A stretch of 64,000 bases of DNA from an uncultured Candidatus Saccharibacteria bacterium (GCA_964607415.1 CAZSKK010000001.1:492939-556938), one strand, 5' to 3'; positions 1 through 8,597 are shown, counted from the first letter of the stretch. The notes: generated by a model from the letters alone, not told the origin. Program-made: numbers and translations.

Positions 1-452
1 CCAAGAACGTTTCCTTCATATTCTCTAATAAATTTTCCTGCTGAATAGCCATTACCCTCTATTGCTTCAAATTTGAACTCGGATTTGTCTAACAATTTAA
101 ATTTAATTTTCCCTAAAGACTCTTTGCTTTCAATCGGTATCTCTTTTGCAAGACTAACACAAATAAGGTTGCCATTGATAGCTTCAGCATTATCGCAGTC
201 AGCAACTGCAATAAGCCAGCCATCCGATTTTTGATAATCTAGCAATTCAACTCCACTAGTTTTAAACTTAATAGAAACTGCATTTTCGTTAGGTTCAGGA
301 GTTGCGAGAATATCAACAGTATAGATTTGATTAATTTGAGCATTTTGCACATCAAAGTTAATTTGAGTTGCATTAACTTGGTGATTAAATTGTAAACAGT
401 AAATTGTAACTAGAACAAGAAGTTTTATTATTAATTTATGGTTGATAGCCAA
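1..452 (-). CDS. Secreted hypothetical protein, partial: the 3' end lies beyond the window start and the start is a probable TTG at 450-452. The beta-rich sequence is possibly a cohesin-like module.
   Basis: Open frame on the minus strand from 452 down to position 1 with no stops, checked by hand. The N-terminus MAINHKLIIKLLVLVTIYCLQFNHQVNA looks like a signal peptide. An in-frame TAG lies upstream at 456-458. The body has an alternating hydrophobic pattern loosely reminiscent of type I cohesin (KIIVFLFAED versus NLICVSLAKE). The ORF track missed it because it is partial. Confidence 0.35.
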   Translation of the reverse strand, partial: MAINHKLIIKLLVLVTIYCLQFNHQVNATQINFDVQNAQINQIYTVDILATPEPNENAVSIKFKTSGVELLDYQKSDGWLIAVADCDNAEAINGNLICVSLAKEIPIESKESLGKIKFKLLDKSEFKFEAIEGNGYSAGKFIREYEGNVL

Positions 453-565
453 TAGCTAGTAGTTAATAATTAATAGTTAATTGTTTAGCGTATAGCATAT
501 AGCGTAAAGCGAAAAGCAGTTAGCTGTTAGCTATTTACGTTCTAACATTTTGACCTTACAACGTT

Positions 566-2650
566 TCAACGCCCTAAAGCTTTTATCTGGCTGCAGGTAC
601 GTTTAAAAATACTATCAGTGATATTTCCATTGTTATCTCTTATGGCAATATTTGCAAAATCTAAAATATCTATTTTCCCATCCTTGTTTACATCCATGCT
701 TCCACATTCATTACATTCAGAAGCCCCTGAATAATTTATATTTTGACATGTGTATCCAAAAGTTCCATTTGCAGACATAGCAACAATATCAAGAATATCG
801 AAATCTCCGCTTCCATTCCTGTCGAGCGGTCCACATAATCCACAGCTATTTGCTGGTGGTGGTGTAGTTGTGGTTTTTTGAATCAGCTCTACAGTTGAAA
901 TGGCATAATTGATAGGCGTAATATTATTTAGGTAAAAAATCACTCTAAGCTGTTCTAGTTTTCCAGACCATGTTGAATCGCCAGGCTGTGGTTTTAGATC
1001 ACAATAACCCCATGTCTGATCGTTAGGTTTATTAACGCAGTTTGCAAGAACAGATCCTGTGCCACCTGTCCTTACCGAATTAGCTTTATCAGTGCATGTG
1101 CTTGATGTATCACCTGTGCATGTGGTTGTATACCATGTGGTTTGAATAGAAGCTGTACAGCTATCTCCAGGGCAAGTTGCAACAAATGCTATTCTTACAC
1201 CTTCATAATTTGTAAGGTCAACATTAGCTGCAATATCAAAAAAAGTGTTACCTCCAGGACTGTTATTTACAGTAAAACTGCCATAATCACCTGTTGCCGC
1301 AGATGTAATTTTTGTAGCATTAGGATTAAGATAAATTAATGAAACATCGGATGGGCTTCCCAGATTCCAACTTGTCTTACCAATAGATACAGCCGGGGTT
1401 AAGTCTGCCACACTCTCTTGCTGAGACGAATTTGGTACAAACCCAGGCATATAAACACTAGCAACTGCATTAATAACTTTAAACGGTTCGTTAGGATTTA
1501 ACGAACTTACTCCTGGCTCTATTTGTGCATCCTCAACCCACTCATTATATGCACCCAGTCCAACTACAGGTTTATCATTCACTTTTAGAATTGAAGATGC
1601 ATTATTGTCGGCAAGTGATTTTACTCCTTGTAAATACCTAGTATAGTCGTTTATATTATGATCTGTGCTGTACTGTCTTGGGCTAAGAAAGGTATCTATA
1701 TCATATCTGGGTCTTTCATCAAAGTTTGTAGTTGAAGTTGGAATAAATTTCATACCTGCTTGATTTGCAGCCTGCTGTAATGAAGAATTTGCGTTAATAG
1801 CTTGACTAACCATCTGACTATATACGACTGGATTTGTATTAAATGGAGGATATGTAATTCCAGGAATAACATAATAAGGTGATAGTGCATCAAATCCGTA
1901 TTGTTTAAGCACAGTAACACTATTTGCGTCATAACCATGACCTGCATACACAAAGAAAATATCCTGTCCCAATGCTTGTTCAAAATTTATTAATCTTTGA
2001 TTTACAGTCTGTGGTGTATCTGCTGAATCAGCAATTGTATCAACATTTAAAATGTAAATTACCGGTTTACCATCAAATCTAAGATAGTTTGGTTGATTTA
2101 AATAAGTATTTTTATATATATTTGCAACATCAGAATTTAATTTAGTAGCTACGCTTGTAGCATCCGTTTCCGGTGCAACAGAGGTAATCATCATTGCAAA
2201 CTGAAGATAGTTTTTATTCGGAGAACTTAAAAAAGCATTTATATCCGTTCTGTAAGATGAATTTGATCCAGAAATTGTCCAGAAATCATTAAAAACCCAA
2301 TAACTTATCCCTGCCTCAGCGGCCCATTTGATTTTGTAATTCATTGCTTCAACATTGCTACCATCATAAAAACCCAAAAGTGGTTTTCTTATTTGATTTA
2401 CATTTTCGGTTGATTGAAGTCTGTTGAATACTTTAAGATCGTACCATTGATGCGTAGGGTATTCAGGTTTTGGCATATAATAAGCTCCCAAAACGTAATT
2501 GGTGTTTAAAGGCTGAACTGCAGTGGATCCAGAAATATTCGCAGAAGTATCTTCAGTTGAAAGATCTCTTTGCCTCAAAATTATTATTGTGACAAAAGCT
2601 GATCCTAAAGTTAAGAAAAAAAGTATGATAAAAACAATTTTATTTCTCAT
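566..2650 (-). CDS. Secreted TIM-barrel glycoside-hydrolase-like protein with a C-terminal dockerin-like module.
   Basis: N-terminal signal/TM (MRNKIVFIILFFLTLGSAFV). Central region has GH-like features (LLGFYDG, WAAEAGISYWVFNDFW). The C-terminal ~85 aa carry two calcium-loop-like repeats, DRNGSGDFDILDIVAM and DVNKDGKIDILDFANIA, typical of dockerin. Confidence 0.6.
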   Translation of the reverse strand: MRNKIVFIILFFLTLGSAFVTIIILRQRDLSTEDTSANISGSTAVQPLNTNYVLGAYYMPKPEYPTHQWYDLKVFNRLQSTENVNQIRKPLLGFYDGSNVEAMNYKIKWAAEAGISYWVFNDFWTISGSNSSYRTDINAFLSSPNKNYLQFAMMITSVAPETDATSVATKLNSDVANIYKNTYLNQPNYLRFDGKPVIYILNVDTIADSADTPQTVNQRLINFEQALGQDIFFVYAGHGYDANSVTVLKQYGFDALSPYYVIPGITYPPFNTNPVVYSQMVSQAINANSSLQQAANQAGMKFIPTSTTNFDERPRYDIDTFLSPRQYSTDHNINDYTRYLQGVKSLADNNASSILKVNDKPVVGLGAYNEWVEDAQIEPGVSSLNPNEPFKVINAVASVYMPGFVPNSSQQESVADLTPAVSIGKTSWNLGSPSDVSLIYLNPNATKITSAATGDYGSFTVNNSPGGNTFFDIAANVDLTNYEGVRIAFVATCPGDSCTASIQTTWYTTTCTGDTSSTCTDKANSVRTGGTGSVLANCVNKPNDQTWGYCDLKPQPGDSTWSGKLEQLRVIFYLNNITPINYAISTVELIQKTTTTPPPANSCGLCGPLDRNGSGDFDILDIVAMSANGTFGYTCQNINYSGASECNECGSMDVNKDGKIDILDFANIAIRDNNGNITDSIFKRTCSQIKALGR

Positions 2651-2651
2651 T

Positions 2652-5075
2652 TTAATTTAAGTCTCTCAGAGTTTTAATCTGTGTACAAGTTTTCTTAAAT
2701 ATACTATCTGTTATTGCACCTTCTGAGTTTCGTATTGCAATATTTGCAAAATCTATAATATTTATTTTGTCATCACCATTTAAATCCATTGACCCACAAT
2801 CATTACATGCAGTGCTTCCAGAATAGTTAATTGTTTCGCATGTACTTCCAAATACTCCTGATGCAGACATTGCAACAATATCAAGTATGTCAAAGTTAGA
2901 ATTGCCATTTCTATCCAAGGGCCCGCATTTTCCACAAGAACTCGAACCAGGAGGTGGATTTGGAGTTTGGGAAACAGGGCAAGTATTGTTTGTTTCTGTT
3001 TGACTGCAATTTGAGTTTTCGGTATATCCAGTAGGACATGCTTCGGTAGAATTTACAGTTGTGCTTTCGCAAGCATTACCATCTGTTAAACTTGCAGTAC
3101 ATCGATAACAGCTTTTAGTTGTTGGAGCTTGTTCCACTGGACATTGGTTATTAGTTTCGGCTTCAAAACAATTTGCATTTTCTGTATATCCTGCAGGACA
3201 ATTCGCAGAAGTATCCACTGTTGTACTTTCGCATGAATTACCGTCAGCAAGACCTGTAGTGCATCTATAACATGATTTTGTTGTCGGTGTTGGCGTAGGT
3301 GTAGGATTTGGAGGTGGATTAGAAATAGTTCCATATTCAAAAGCTCCTATATCAGGTCTATTTCCTGCATAAGGAAGATTAACTGCCTCCCCATTTGCCC
3401 AAGTTATACTTCTATCCAAAGTAATCTGGTTAGTTTGATAATTAATGTCTGTGATTGTTGCAGTGTCGTCCCCTATCACAATATTGTCAGGAGTTATAAG
3501 ACCGTCAAATCCGTCATGGAAATAAAGTGCATCACTAACAGTAACAACTGTACCTGATCCTGAAGATGCAGTACTTGTTAAATCTACTCCCGCATCAATT
3601 GCTGGGCTGTTACTTTGTAGCCTAAAATCGAATGATCCATCTGAAGGATTCGAAACAGAACCCACATTGTAATTTACAAAAAGTGGATTAGCTTGAATAT
3701 TATTTGAAAAATTGTTTGGATATTGTGAATTATAAAGCTGTACAGTTCCCCTTGGAAGGCCAACAACATCTATCACAGTATTTGCAGTATTCTGATAAAA
3801 AAATGAATTACCTTGAATTAAGGTTCCAACCCAAGGTGCCCCACTTCTACCAGGTTGATAACTAAGGAAAATCTGAGCTGGATTACCGCCTTGATTAACA
3901 GATGGAAGGTTATCAAAGAAAATATTATTTTTAAGAATGTGGCTACCCATTGGCCTTCCAACAAGATTAGAATCAAAGTCATCTATAGAAAGCCCTGTTG
4001 TAGATTGATCATCAAAAAGATCCTGTCTTATACCGTTATGTGCAATAGTATTGTTAAAAAATCTGTTGCCTTGGCTTGTTAGTACTTCATCCCACATTTG
4101 CATATCAACAGCCCAACCTTGCGAATCTCTAAAAGTATTATTTCTAAATATTCCATAGCTTGAATTTGCATGTAAATGCATACCGCCATGGTCATCAACG
4201 CTAAAGCCTGAGCATGTAAAAGTATTACCTTCAACCAGATTCCAGCGAAATCCATTTACGGAAGGAGTATTACCTCTGTGCGTAAGCTCCAAACCTTTCT
4301 CTAAATCATTACAAAAAGTATTATTTCTTATTACATTTAAATAACCTCCATCAATTTGAAGTCCCGCGTGGCCTGCATTACCCACATAATTGCCTTGAAA
4401 CAGGTTATGGTGTGATCCACCAAAAATCTGAATTGCGTCACCACATGCTACTCCTGCATCACCGTCTCTTCGTGTTCCACAGTTATCAAATCTGGAATTT
4501 AAAACCCTTGTGTAACTTGATCCTTTTATTTGAAATCCAACAAATGCTCTATCCTGAGCAGGCTGATTCATATTGAAATTTGAATTTTGGACAGTTATGT
4601 TATTGGAGTTTTCAATATTCATCCATACTCCTCTATCTGTGTCAACATTTGAGTCTCTTACATGTAGCCCATCTATAACAATATAACTTTTATTTGTAAT
4701 ATCTATAACAACTTGTCCCCCTGAAAGTGTTGGCGTCTGGCCACTTGCAGCAATATAAGTAATTGGGTTTCCTGCAGTACCAGAATTAGTTGGTGTAAGA
4801 AGCGGGTCATACGACGACGATGTATAATTCCCACCGTTTAAAATAACTGTTGTTCCGGCAGTTGCCCTGCTTGCAGCTGTAGACAGTGAGCAAGGACTTG
4901 TTTGACTGCAAAAATTACCAGTTCCATTTGTAGACACATACAACATTTCTCCTGTGGTTGCACTAGAATCTTCCGAGGCTAAATTTTCTCTTAAAGCTTG
5001 AATTGCAAAGTATGAAACAATGCTTACGAATATTATTAGCAATAAAAAAAGTAGAAAACTTAAATTCTTTCGCAT
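2652..5075 (-). CDS. Secreted right-handed parallel beta-helix (pectate-lyase-like) protein with two tandem Cys-rich modules and a C-terminal dockerin-like module.
   Basis: The true start is the internal Met at 5073-5075 (MRKNLSFLLFLLLIIFVSIV signal). The track ORF runs on to 5234 and so overlaps tRNA-Leu. Repeated NNTF/GNTF/RNNTF beta-helix motifs are present. There are two ~50-aa repeats (TTKSCYRCT...CPV twice). The C-terminal DRNGNSNFDILDIVAM...DLNGDDKINIIDFANIA is paralogous to the C-terminus of 566..2650. Confidence 0.65.
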   Translation of the reverse strand: MRKNLSFLLFLLLIIFVSIVSYFAIQALRENLASEDSSATTGEMLYVSTNGTGNFCSQTSPCSLSTAASRATAGTTVILNGGNYTSSSYDPLLTPTNSGTAGNPITYIAASGQTPTLSGGQVVIDITNKSYIVIDGLHVRDSNVDTDRGVWMNIENSNNITVQNSNFNMNQPAQDRAFVGFQIKGSSYTRVLNSRFDNCGTRRDGDAGVACGDAIQIFGGSHHNLFQGNYVGNAGHAGLQIDGGYLNVIRNNTFCNDLEKGLELTHRGNTPSVNGFRWNLVEGNTFTCSGFSVDDHGGMHLHANSSYGIFRNNTFRDSQGWAVDMQMWDEVLTSQGNRFFNNTIAHNGIRQDLFDDQSTTGLSIDDFDSNLVGRPMGSHILKNNIFFDNLPSVNQGGNPAQIFLSYQPGRSGAPWVGTLIQGNSFFYQNTANTVIDVVGLPRGTVQLYNSQYPNNFSNNIQANPLFVNYNVGSVSNPSDGSFDFRLQSNSPAIDAGVDLTSTASSGSGTVVTVSDALYFHDGFDGLITPDNIVIGDDTATITDINYQTNQITLDRSITWANGEAVNLPYAGNRPDIGAFEYGTISNPPPNPTPTPTPTTKSCYRCTTGLADGNSCESTTVDTSANCPAGYTENANCFEAETNNQCPVEQAPTTKSCYRCTASLTDGNACESTTVNSTEACPTGYTENSNCSQTETNNTCPVSQTPNPPPGSSSCGKCGPLDRNGNSNFDILDIVAMSASGVFGSTCETINYSGSTACNDCGSMDLNGDDKINIIDFANIAIRNSEGAITDSIFKKTCTQIKTLRDLN

Positions 5076-5191
5076 ATAGTTAGTTGTAAGTGCTATAAAC
5101 AATTTACTAGAAAGGAAGAACCAGCGCAAGATGAGGTTCGAGATAAGTTTAAGTGTAAGATTTAAGAGTAAGGATAAGAATTTGTGATTCT

Positions 5192-5276
5192 TATCGAAGG
5201 AGGGAGTCGAACCCTCACGACCGATAAAGGCCAACGGATTTTAAGTCCGCCGCGTCTGCCATTCCGCCACTTCGAC
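5192..5276 (-). tRNA. tRNA-Leu(TAA), type II with long variable arm.
   Basis: Hand-folded: acceptor GTCGAAG/CTTCGAT with a G-U closing pair, D stem GCG/CGC, anticodon stem GCGGA/TCCGT, anticodon loop CTTAAAA (anticodon TAA), 17-nt variable arm, T stem GAGGG/CCCTC with T loop TTCGACT, discriminator A. No encoded CCA. Confidence 0.85.
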
Positions 5277-5395
5277 ACAATACATTTTTATATTTTAAAG
5301 TTCTAGGAGTCTGCTCCCGCTTCGTAAAACTTCGCGGGACTAAGATCTTCTTACATTCGACAGCACTACGTTTGTCTCATTAAGAATCTCTTGAG

Positions 5396-5418
5396 CATTC
5401 CGCCACTTCGACACAATA
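5396..5418 (-). repeat. 23-nt direct repeat of the tRNA-Leu 5' end plus 6 nt of its 5' flank (CATTCCGCCACTTCGACACAATA). The first copy is 5260..5282 inside the tRNA.
   Basis: Exact match of 5396-5418 to 5260-5282, flanking a ~113-bp spacer that contains a GC hairpin (cccgc..gcggg). Confidence 0.7.
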
Positions 5419-5542
5419 CTAGTCAATAGCAAGTATTATAGCGTTTAAAGTAAAAAGTTTCAAAGGATTTTGAAAAACTCAGCTCTATTCCAACTTAGTT
5501 GGAAATCCCTCTACTTTTTTTATATTCTCAACAGCATGAATC

Positions 5543-5657
5543 GTGAATCACACATTCACGACGAATTTACTTTATAAGTTTGAAACCGTTAATCTGCTCA
5601 ACAACATAAAATGTTGTTTCGTGTTTCAGAAAAGGGTGGCTTTGGCCCGGTGAGGAG
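5543..5657 (+). repeat. Copy A of a structured repeat element: palindrome GTGAATCACACATTCAC, a 36-nt spacer, hairpin GCTCAACAACATAAAATGTTGTTTCG, then a GC-rich GGGTGGC..GGCCCGGTGAGG motif abutting the stop codon of 5658..6686.
   Basis: Sequence identity in the palindrome and 26-nt hairpin, and the same 36/37-nt spacing, with copy B at 42274..42439 in the opposite orientation. TACATTCGACAGCAC (5352-5366) is also shared. Confidence 0.55.
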
Positions 5658-6686
5658 CTACCGTTCTCTAAACTTATATGCAGGTAACTTTTGAGAAGAA
5701 ATTGCCACTCTATAAGTATGAAATTTTAATTTCTCATGCGAAATCACAATATCGTAATTTCCGAATGGAATTTGATTTACTGTAGCAAATTTACCATCTG
5801 ATCCGGTTTTGGTTTCATAAACTCTACCTGATTGTAAATTTTTAAAAACAACTTTGACCTCAGGCACTGGCTTATCTTTTTTATCCACAACTATCCCAAA
5901 AAGTATTTGTCCATTCTGACTGATAAGTTCCCCTTTTTCATTTAACGATTCTGCTTCTGAAGACTTAAGTTCTTCTTTCCCGACAGATTTTAATTTTTCA
6001 AAAAGGGAATTTATTTTATTCATAATTTGAGATTCCTTTTTATTAAATTCCGGATCGTCTTTGGCAAGCCTTGAAAGTTCAAATTTCAAATTTTGTATTT
6101 GGCTTTGGTAATTTTCTGATGGAGCTTGTTCTACAGGCTTTTGCATCTGAGTGTGCGCTGATTGAGGTTTAGGAATGGTTTGCTTTTTTGTTTTTTGTAT
6201 ATCGTTCTTAAAAACTTGATCGTAAACCTGATTTAAATTTCCTGACGGCTCAAGAGAATCCCTATCATTTCCTGCTTTTGAATCTGAACCAAAAATCTTA
6301 TCCAATGGAATATCCGAAATATCAACCTTCCCTTGTTTTTGCATCGCAAGCTGCTGCTGGCTTTTTGTAGGAGATGTAATTTGGCTATTTTTAAGAATAT
6401 CTGGAGCTCTACTACTTTTAACCCAAACATATCGTGGAGATATGAATAAAGCTTTTAAATATCCATTCAACCAGGTACCAAAATTTGGAATAATCGCTAA
6501 AAGTAATCCAGTAAAAACACTTACACCCATGAGCGGGAATTTTATTATTACAGGTAATGGCAAAAAGAAAATTAGGAATGCGCCAACACAACCAAAAACG
6601 ATTTTGGCAAACTGTTTTAAAGTAAAACTTCCAAAAAGTTTGAATTCAACTTCTAAAATATTTTGTGGTACTGGATGTTGCTCCAC
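5658..6686 (-). CDS. Membrane protein with N-terminal TM helices, a low-complexity linker and a C-terminal carboxypeptidase-regulatory-like / transthyretin-like beta domain.
   Basis: Hydrophobic N-terminus (FLIFFLPLPVIIKFPLMGVSVFTGLLLAII). C-terminal GIVVDKKDKPVPEVKVVFKNLQSGRVYETKTGSDGKFATVNQIPFGNYDIVISHEKLKF looks like a CarboxypepD_reg-like fold. Confidence 0.5.
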   Translation of the reverse strand: MEQHPVPQNILEVEFKLFGSFTLKQFAKIVFGCVGAFLIFFLPLPVIIKFPLMGVSVFTGLLLAIIPNFGTWLNGYLKALFISPRYVWVKSSRAPDILKNSQITSPTKSQQQLAMQKQGKVDISDIPLDKIFGSDSKAGNDRDSLEPSGNLNQVYDQVFKNDIQKTKKQTIPKPQSAHTQMQKPVEQAPSENYQSQIQNLKFELSRLAKDDPEFNKKESQIMNKINSLFEKLKSVGKEELKSSEAESLNEKGELISQNGQILFGIVVDKKDKPVPEVKVVFKNLQSGRVYETKTGSDGKFATVNQIPFGNYDIVISHEKLKFHTYRVAISSQKLPAYKFRER

Positions 6687-6698
6687 TAGTTACGATAG

Positions 6699-6760
6699 TT
6701 AATTAGTAAGTTTGTTAATTGGTGACGATACTAATTAACCTTCCGCCAATTAACTTAATT
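6699..6760. promoter_or_regulatory. Intergenic cluster of the TTAATTAG/TTAATTGG/CTAATTAAC/CCAATTAAC motif, upstream of 5658..6686 (-).
   Basis: gttaattagtaag ... gttaattggtgacg ... ctaattaacc ... ccaattaact. The same motif pair recurs at 41963-42015, 48322-48393 and 51269-51312. Confidence 0.35.
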
Positions 6761-6798
6761 ATATAATACCTTCTTTTGCCAACTGACAACAAGGGCTA

Positions 6799-8085
6799 TT
6801 ACTCTACTACCTTTATAAACACTTTTCCCTTTCCAAATGCCTCATTCACTAATTTTCTATCTTCAATATCAGTTGTATAAAATATTCCTTCTTCTTTTGT
6901 TAGAGCATAAATAGTATCTGACTGATTTTTAAGATCAATCAATCTTTTTTGGAAAGTATAAGTCATAGCTATAGCATTTAAAATAAACATAAAAGCGGCA
7001 AGATAAATCAACCAATTAACCTTTTTACGAATTAACCTATTAACAGTTTCGAAATAAAGCAGCATAACTAATCCCGTTATCGGCACAAATAATCTAATTC
7101 CGAAAATCAAATTTAGAAAACCGGATTCAAAATGATAAGTTGGGAATCCAACAATATAAACAAAAAAGAGTAAAAAGCCAGATAGAATTTCCCACTTATA
7201 TTTAATCCTAGAAAAAAAGCTTAGTATTAACATGCCAGGGAATACCAAATTTAAATACAAAAAATACTTGATTGCCTGTGGGATAATCAAATTAGACTGT
7301 ATTAAAAACTCTTCTCCAGAAAAACTATAGCCTGACCTAAATATTCCTCCATAATATTTTTGATTCAAATAAAGAATAAAAAAAACAAAGGGCACAATGA
7401 AAAGTGCTGAGTTGATGAAGTCGCGTAATTTACTTTTATCAAGCGATCTTGCTAAATCCAAAATTAATGAAATCCAAAAGGGCAGAATAAAAATTGTATT
7501 TGTGTACTTAATAAAAATCAAAACTCCTGAAAGTATCCCTAACAAAACTGCGTAGATCCACCTTGCATTTCCTTTTCTTGAATCTTGAATCCTAATTCCT
7601 GAATTTTTTAATTTAATAAACAAATAAAATATCGCTATAATCAATGTTTGGCTAGGAATTTCGGTTAGTGCTTTATGCGAATAATAAATATAAGCGGGAA
7701 AAAAAGTGTAAAGCAAAATAAAAAATTTTTGAATTTTAAAATGCAAAAGTAGTTTATAAAAAATTACAATTCCAATTAGAAAAAAAGCAAAGTTCACAAC
7801 AAAAGCTAGATTCCAGTGTATTAAAACAAATGGTGCATAAATAAAACTTAGTCCAAGATTATACTTTGAAACATAACCTTGTTCGTTAAAATACCCGCAA
7901 TAAGCACCATCAAAACATTGATGATCATCCACAATAATGCTTCCCTTGGTAAGGAAGTATGCGTTTTGAATATAATCATGTTCATCGGTAGTTGTGTAGA
8001 ATTTGGGGAAGAAAATAGTAAATAGCAAAATAGTAACTAGTAGAGATATTATCAATAATTTATGTTTTTTTAAAAACTGCTTCAT
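6799..8085 (-). CDS. Multi-pass membrane glycosyltransferase of the GT-C fold (PMT/ArnT-like).
   Basis: At least 10 predicted TM helices. A DE-type motif sits in the first extracytoplasmic loop (TTTDEHDY), as in GT39/GT83 enzymes. 4-nt start/stop overlap with the downstream gene. Confidence 0.5.
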   Translation of the reverse strand: MKQFLKKHKLLIISLLVTILLFTIFFPKFYTTTDEHDYIQNAYFLTKGSIIVDDHQCFDGAYCGYFNEQGYVSKYNLGLSFIYAPFVLIHWNLAFVVNFAFFLIGIVIFYKLLLHFKIQKFFILLYTFFPAYIYYSHKALTEIPSQTLIIAIFYLFIKLKNSGIRIQDSRKGNARWIYAVLLGILSGVLIFIKYTNTIFILPFWISLILDLARSLDKSKLRDFINSALFIVPFVFFILYLNQKYYGGIFRSGYSFSGEEFLIQSNLIIPQAIKYFLYLNLVFPGMLILSFFSRIKYKWEILSGFLLFFVYIVGFPTYHFESGFLNLIFGIRLFVPITGLVMLLYFETVNRLIRKKVNWLIYLAAFMFILNAIAMTYTFQKRLIDLKNQSDTIYALTKEEGIFYTTDIEDRKLVNEAFGKGKVFIKVVE

Positions 8086-8597
8086 TTAACATTGTAATAT
8101 CTAACCTGTAAAACACCTTCTCCAATATCTTTTTCTTCTAGTTTTTCTAATTTCAACTGTGTTTCAAAATCGGAAGAAAATAATTTAATTCCACCTCCCA
8201 AAATTAATGGATGAATACTTAAAATCAGTTCATCAATCAATCCGGCTTTTAAAAATGATGCGTTTGTTATTCCGCCTCCAACAAGTAAAGCTTCCTTATA
8301 ACCTTTTTCACTAATTGCATTTAGTATCTCACTTGGCGTTAAATTTAAAGCCAATACATTATCATACTTTTTTATTGAATCTGGATTTGAAGTAAGAACT
8401 ACATTCAAAACATCTTGAACCGGATACAAATCATTTTCAAATTGTAAAAAGGTACTTTTCCCTACTATAATGCATCCTTTTTCTTTCATGGCTTTTTCAA
8501 AGTAAGGGAAATCAGCTTCTGATACCCACTCCGAATTACCATCTTTGCTTGCTAAAAAGCCATCTATAGAAATTGCGTTGTAAAGAGTTAGTTTCAT
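8082..8597 (-). CDS. Dihydrofolate reductase family protein (RibD C-terminal domain type).
   Basis: MKLTLYNAISIDGFLA...CIIVGKSTF...LVGGGITNASFLKAGLIDELILSIHPLILGGG matches the RibD_C / YwjB-like reductase signature. Confidence 0.75.
   Translation of the reverse strand: MKLTLYNAISIDGFLASKDGNSEWVSEADFPYFEKAMKEKGCIIVGKSTFLQFENDLYPVQDVLNVVLTSNPDSIKKYDNVLALNLTPSEILNAISEKGYKEALLVGGGITNASFLKAGLIDELILSIHPLILGGGIKLFSSDFETQLKLEKLEEKDIGEGVLQVRYYNVK

Noticed and set aside
1142-1983. Small internal ORFs 1142..1339 (+) and 1750..1983 (-) and similar 60-100-aa ORFs listed throughout the track
   Set aside because: They are fully embedded in longer ORFs with recognisable domains or signal peptides and are Cys/Ile/Asn-rich, as expected from AT-rich antisense frames.
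5076-5234. N-terminal extension of ORF 2652..5234 (MAFIGREGSTPSFDKNHKFL...)
   Set aside because: It overlaps the tRNA-Leu(TAA) gene at 5192-5276 and lacks a signal peptide. The internal Met at 5075 gives a canonical signal sequence, so the true CDS is 2652..5075.
5281-5400. Possible group I intron or second tRNA between the two copies of the tRNA-Leu 5' end
   Set aside because: tRNA-Leu(UAA) genes can carry group I introns, but here the tRNA is contiguous and folds completely. The spacer is only ~113 nt with a single short hairpin and no second cloverleaf could be folded.
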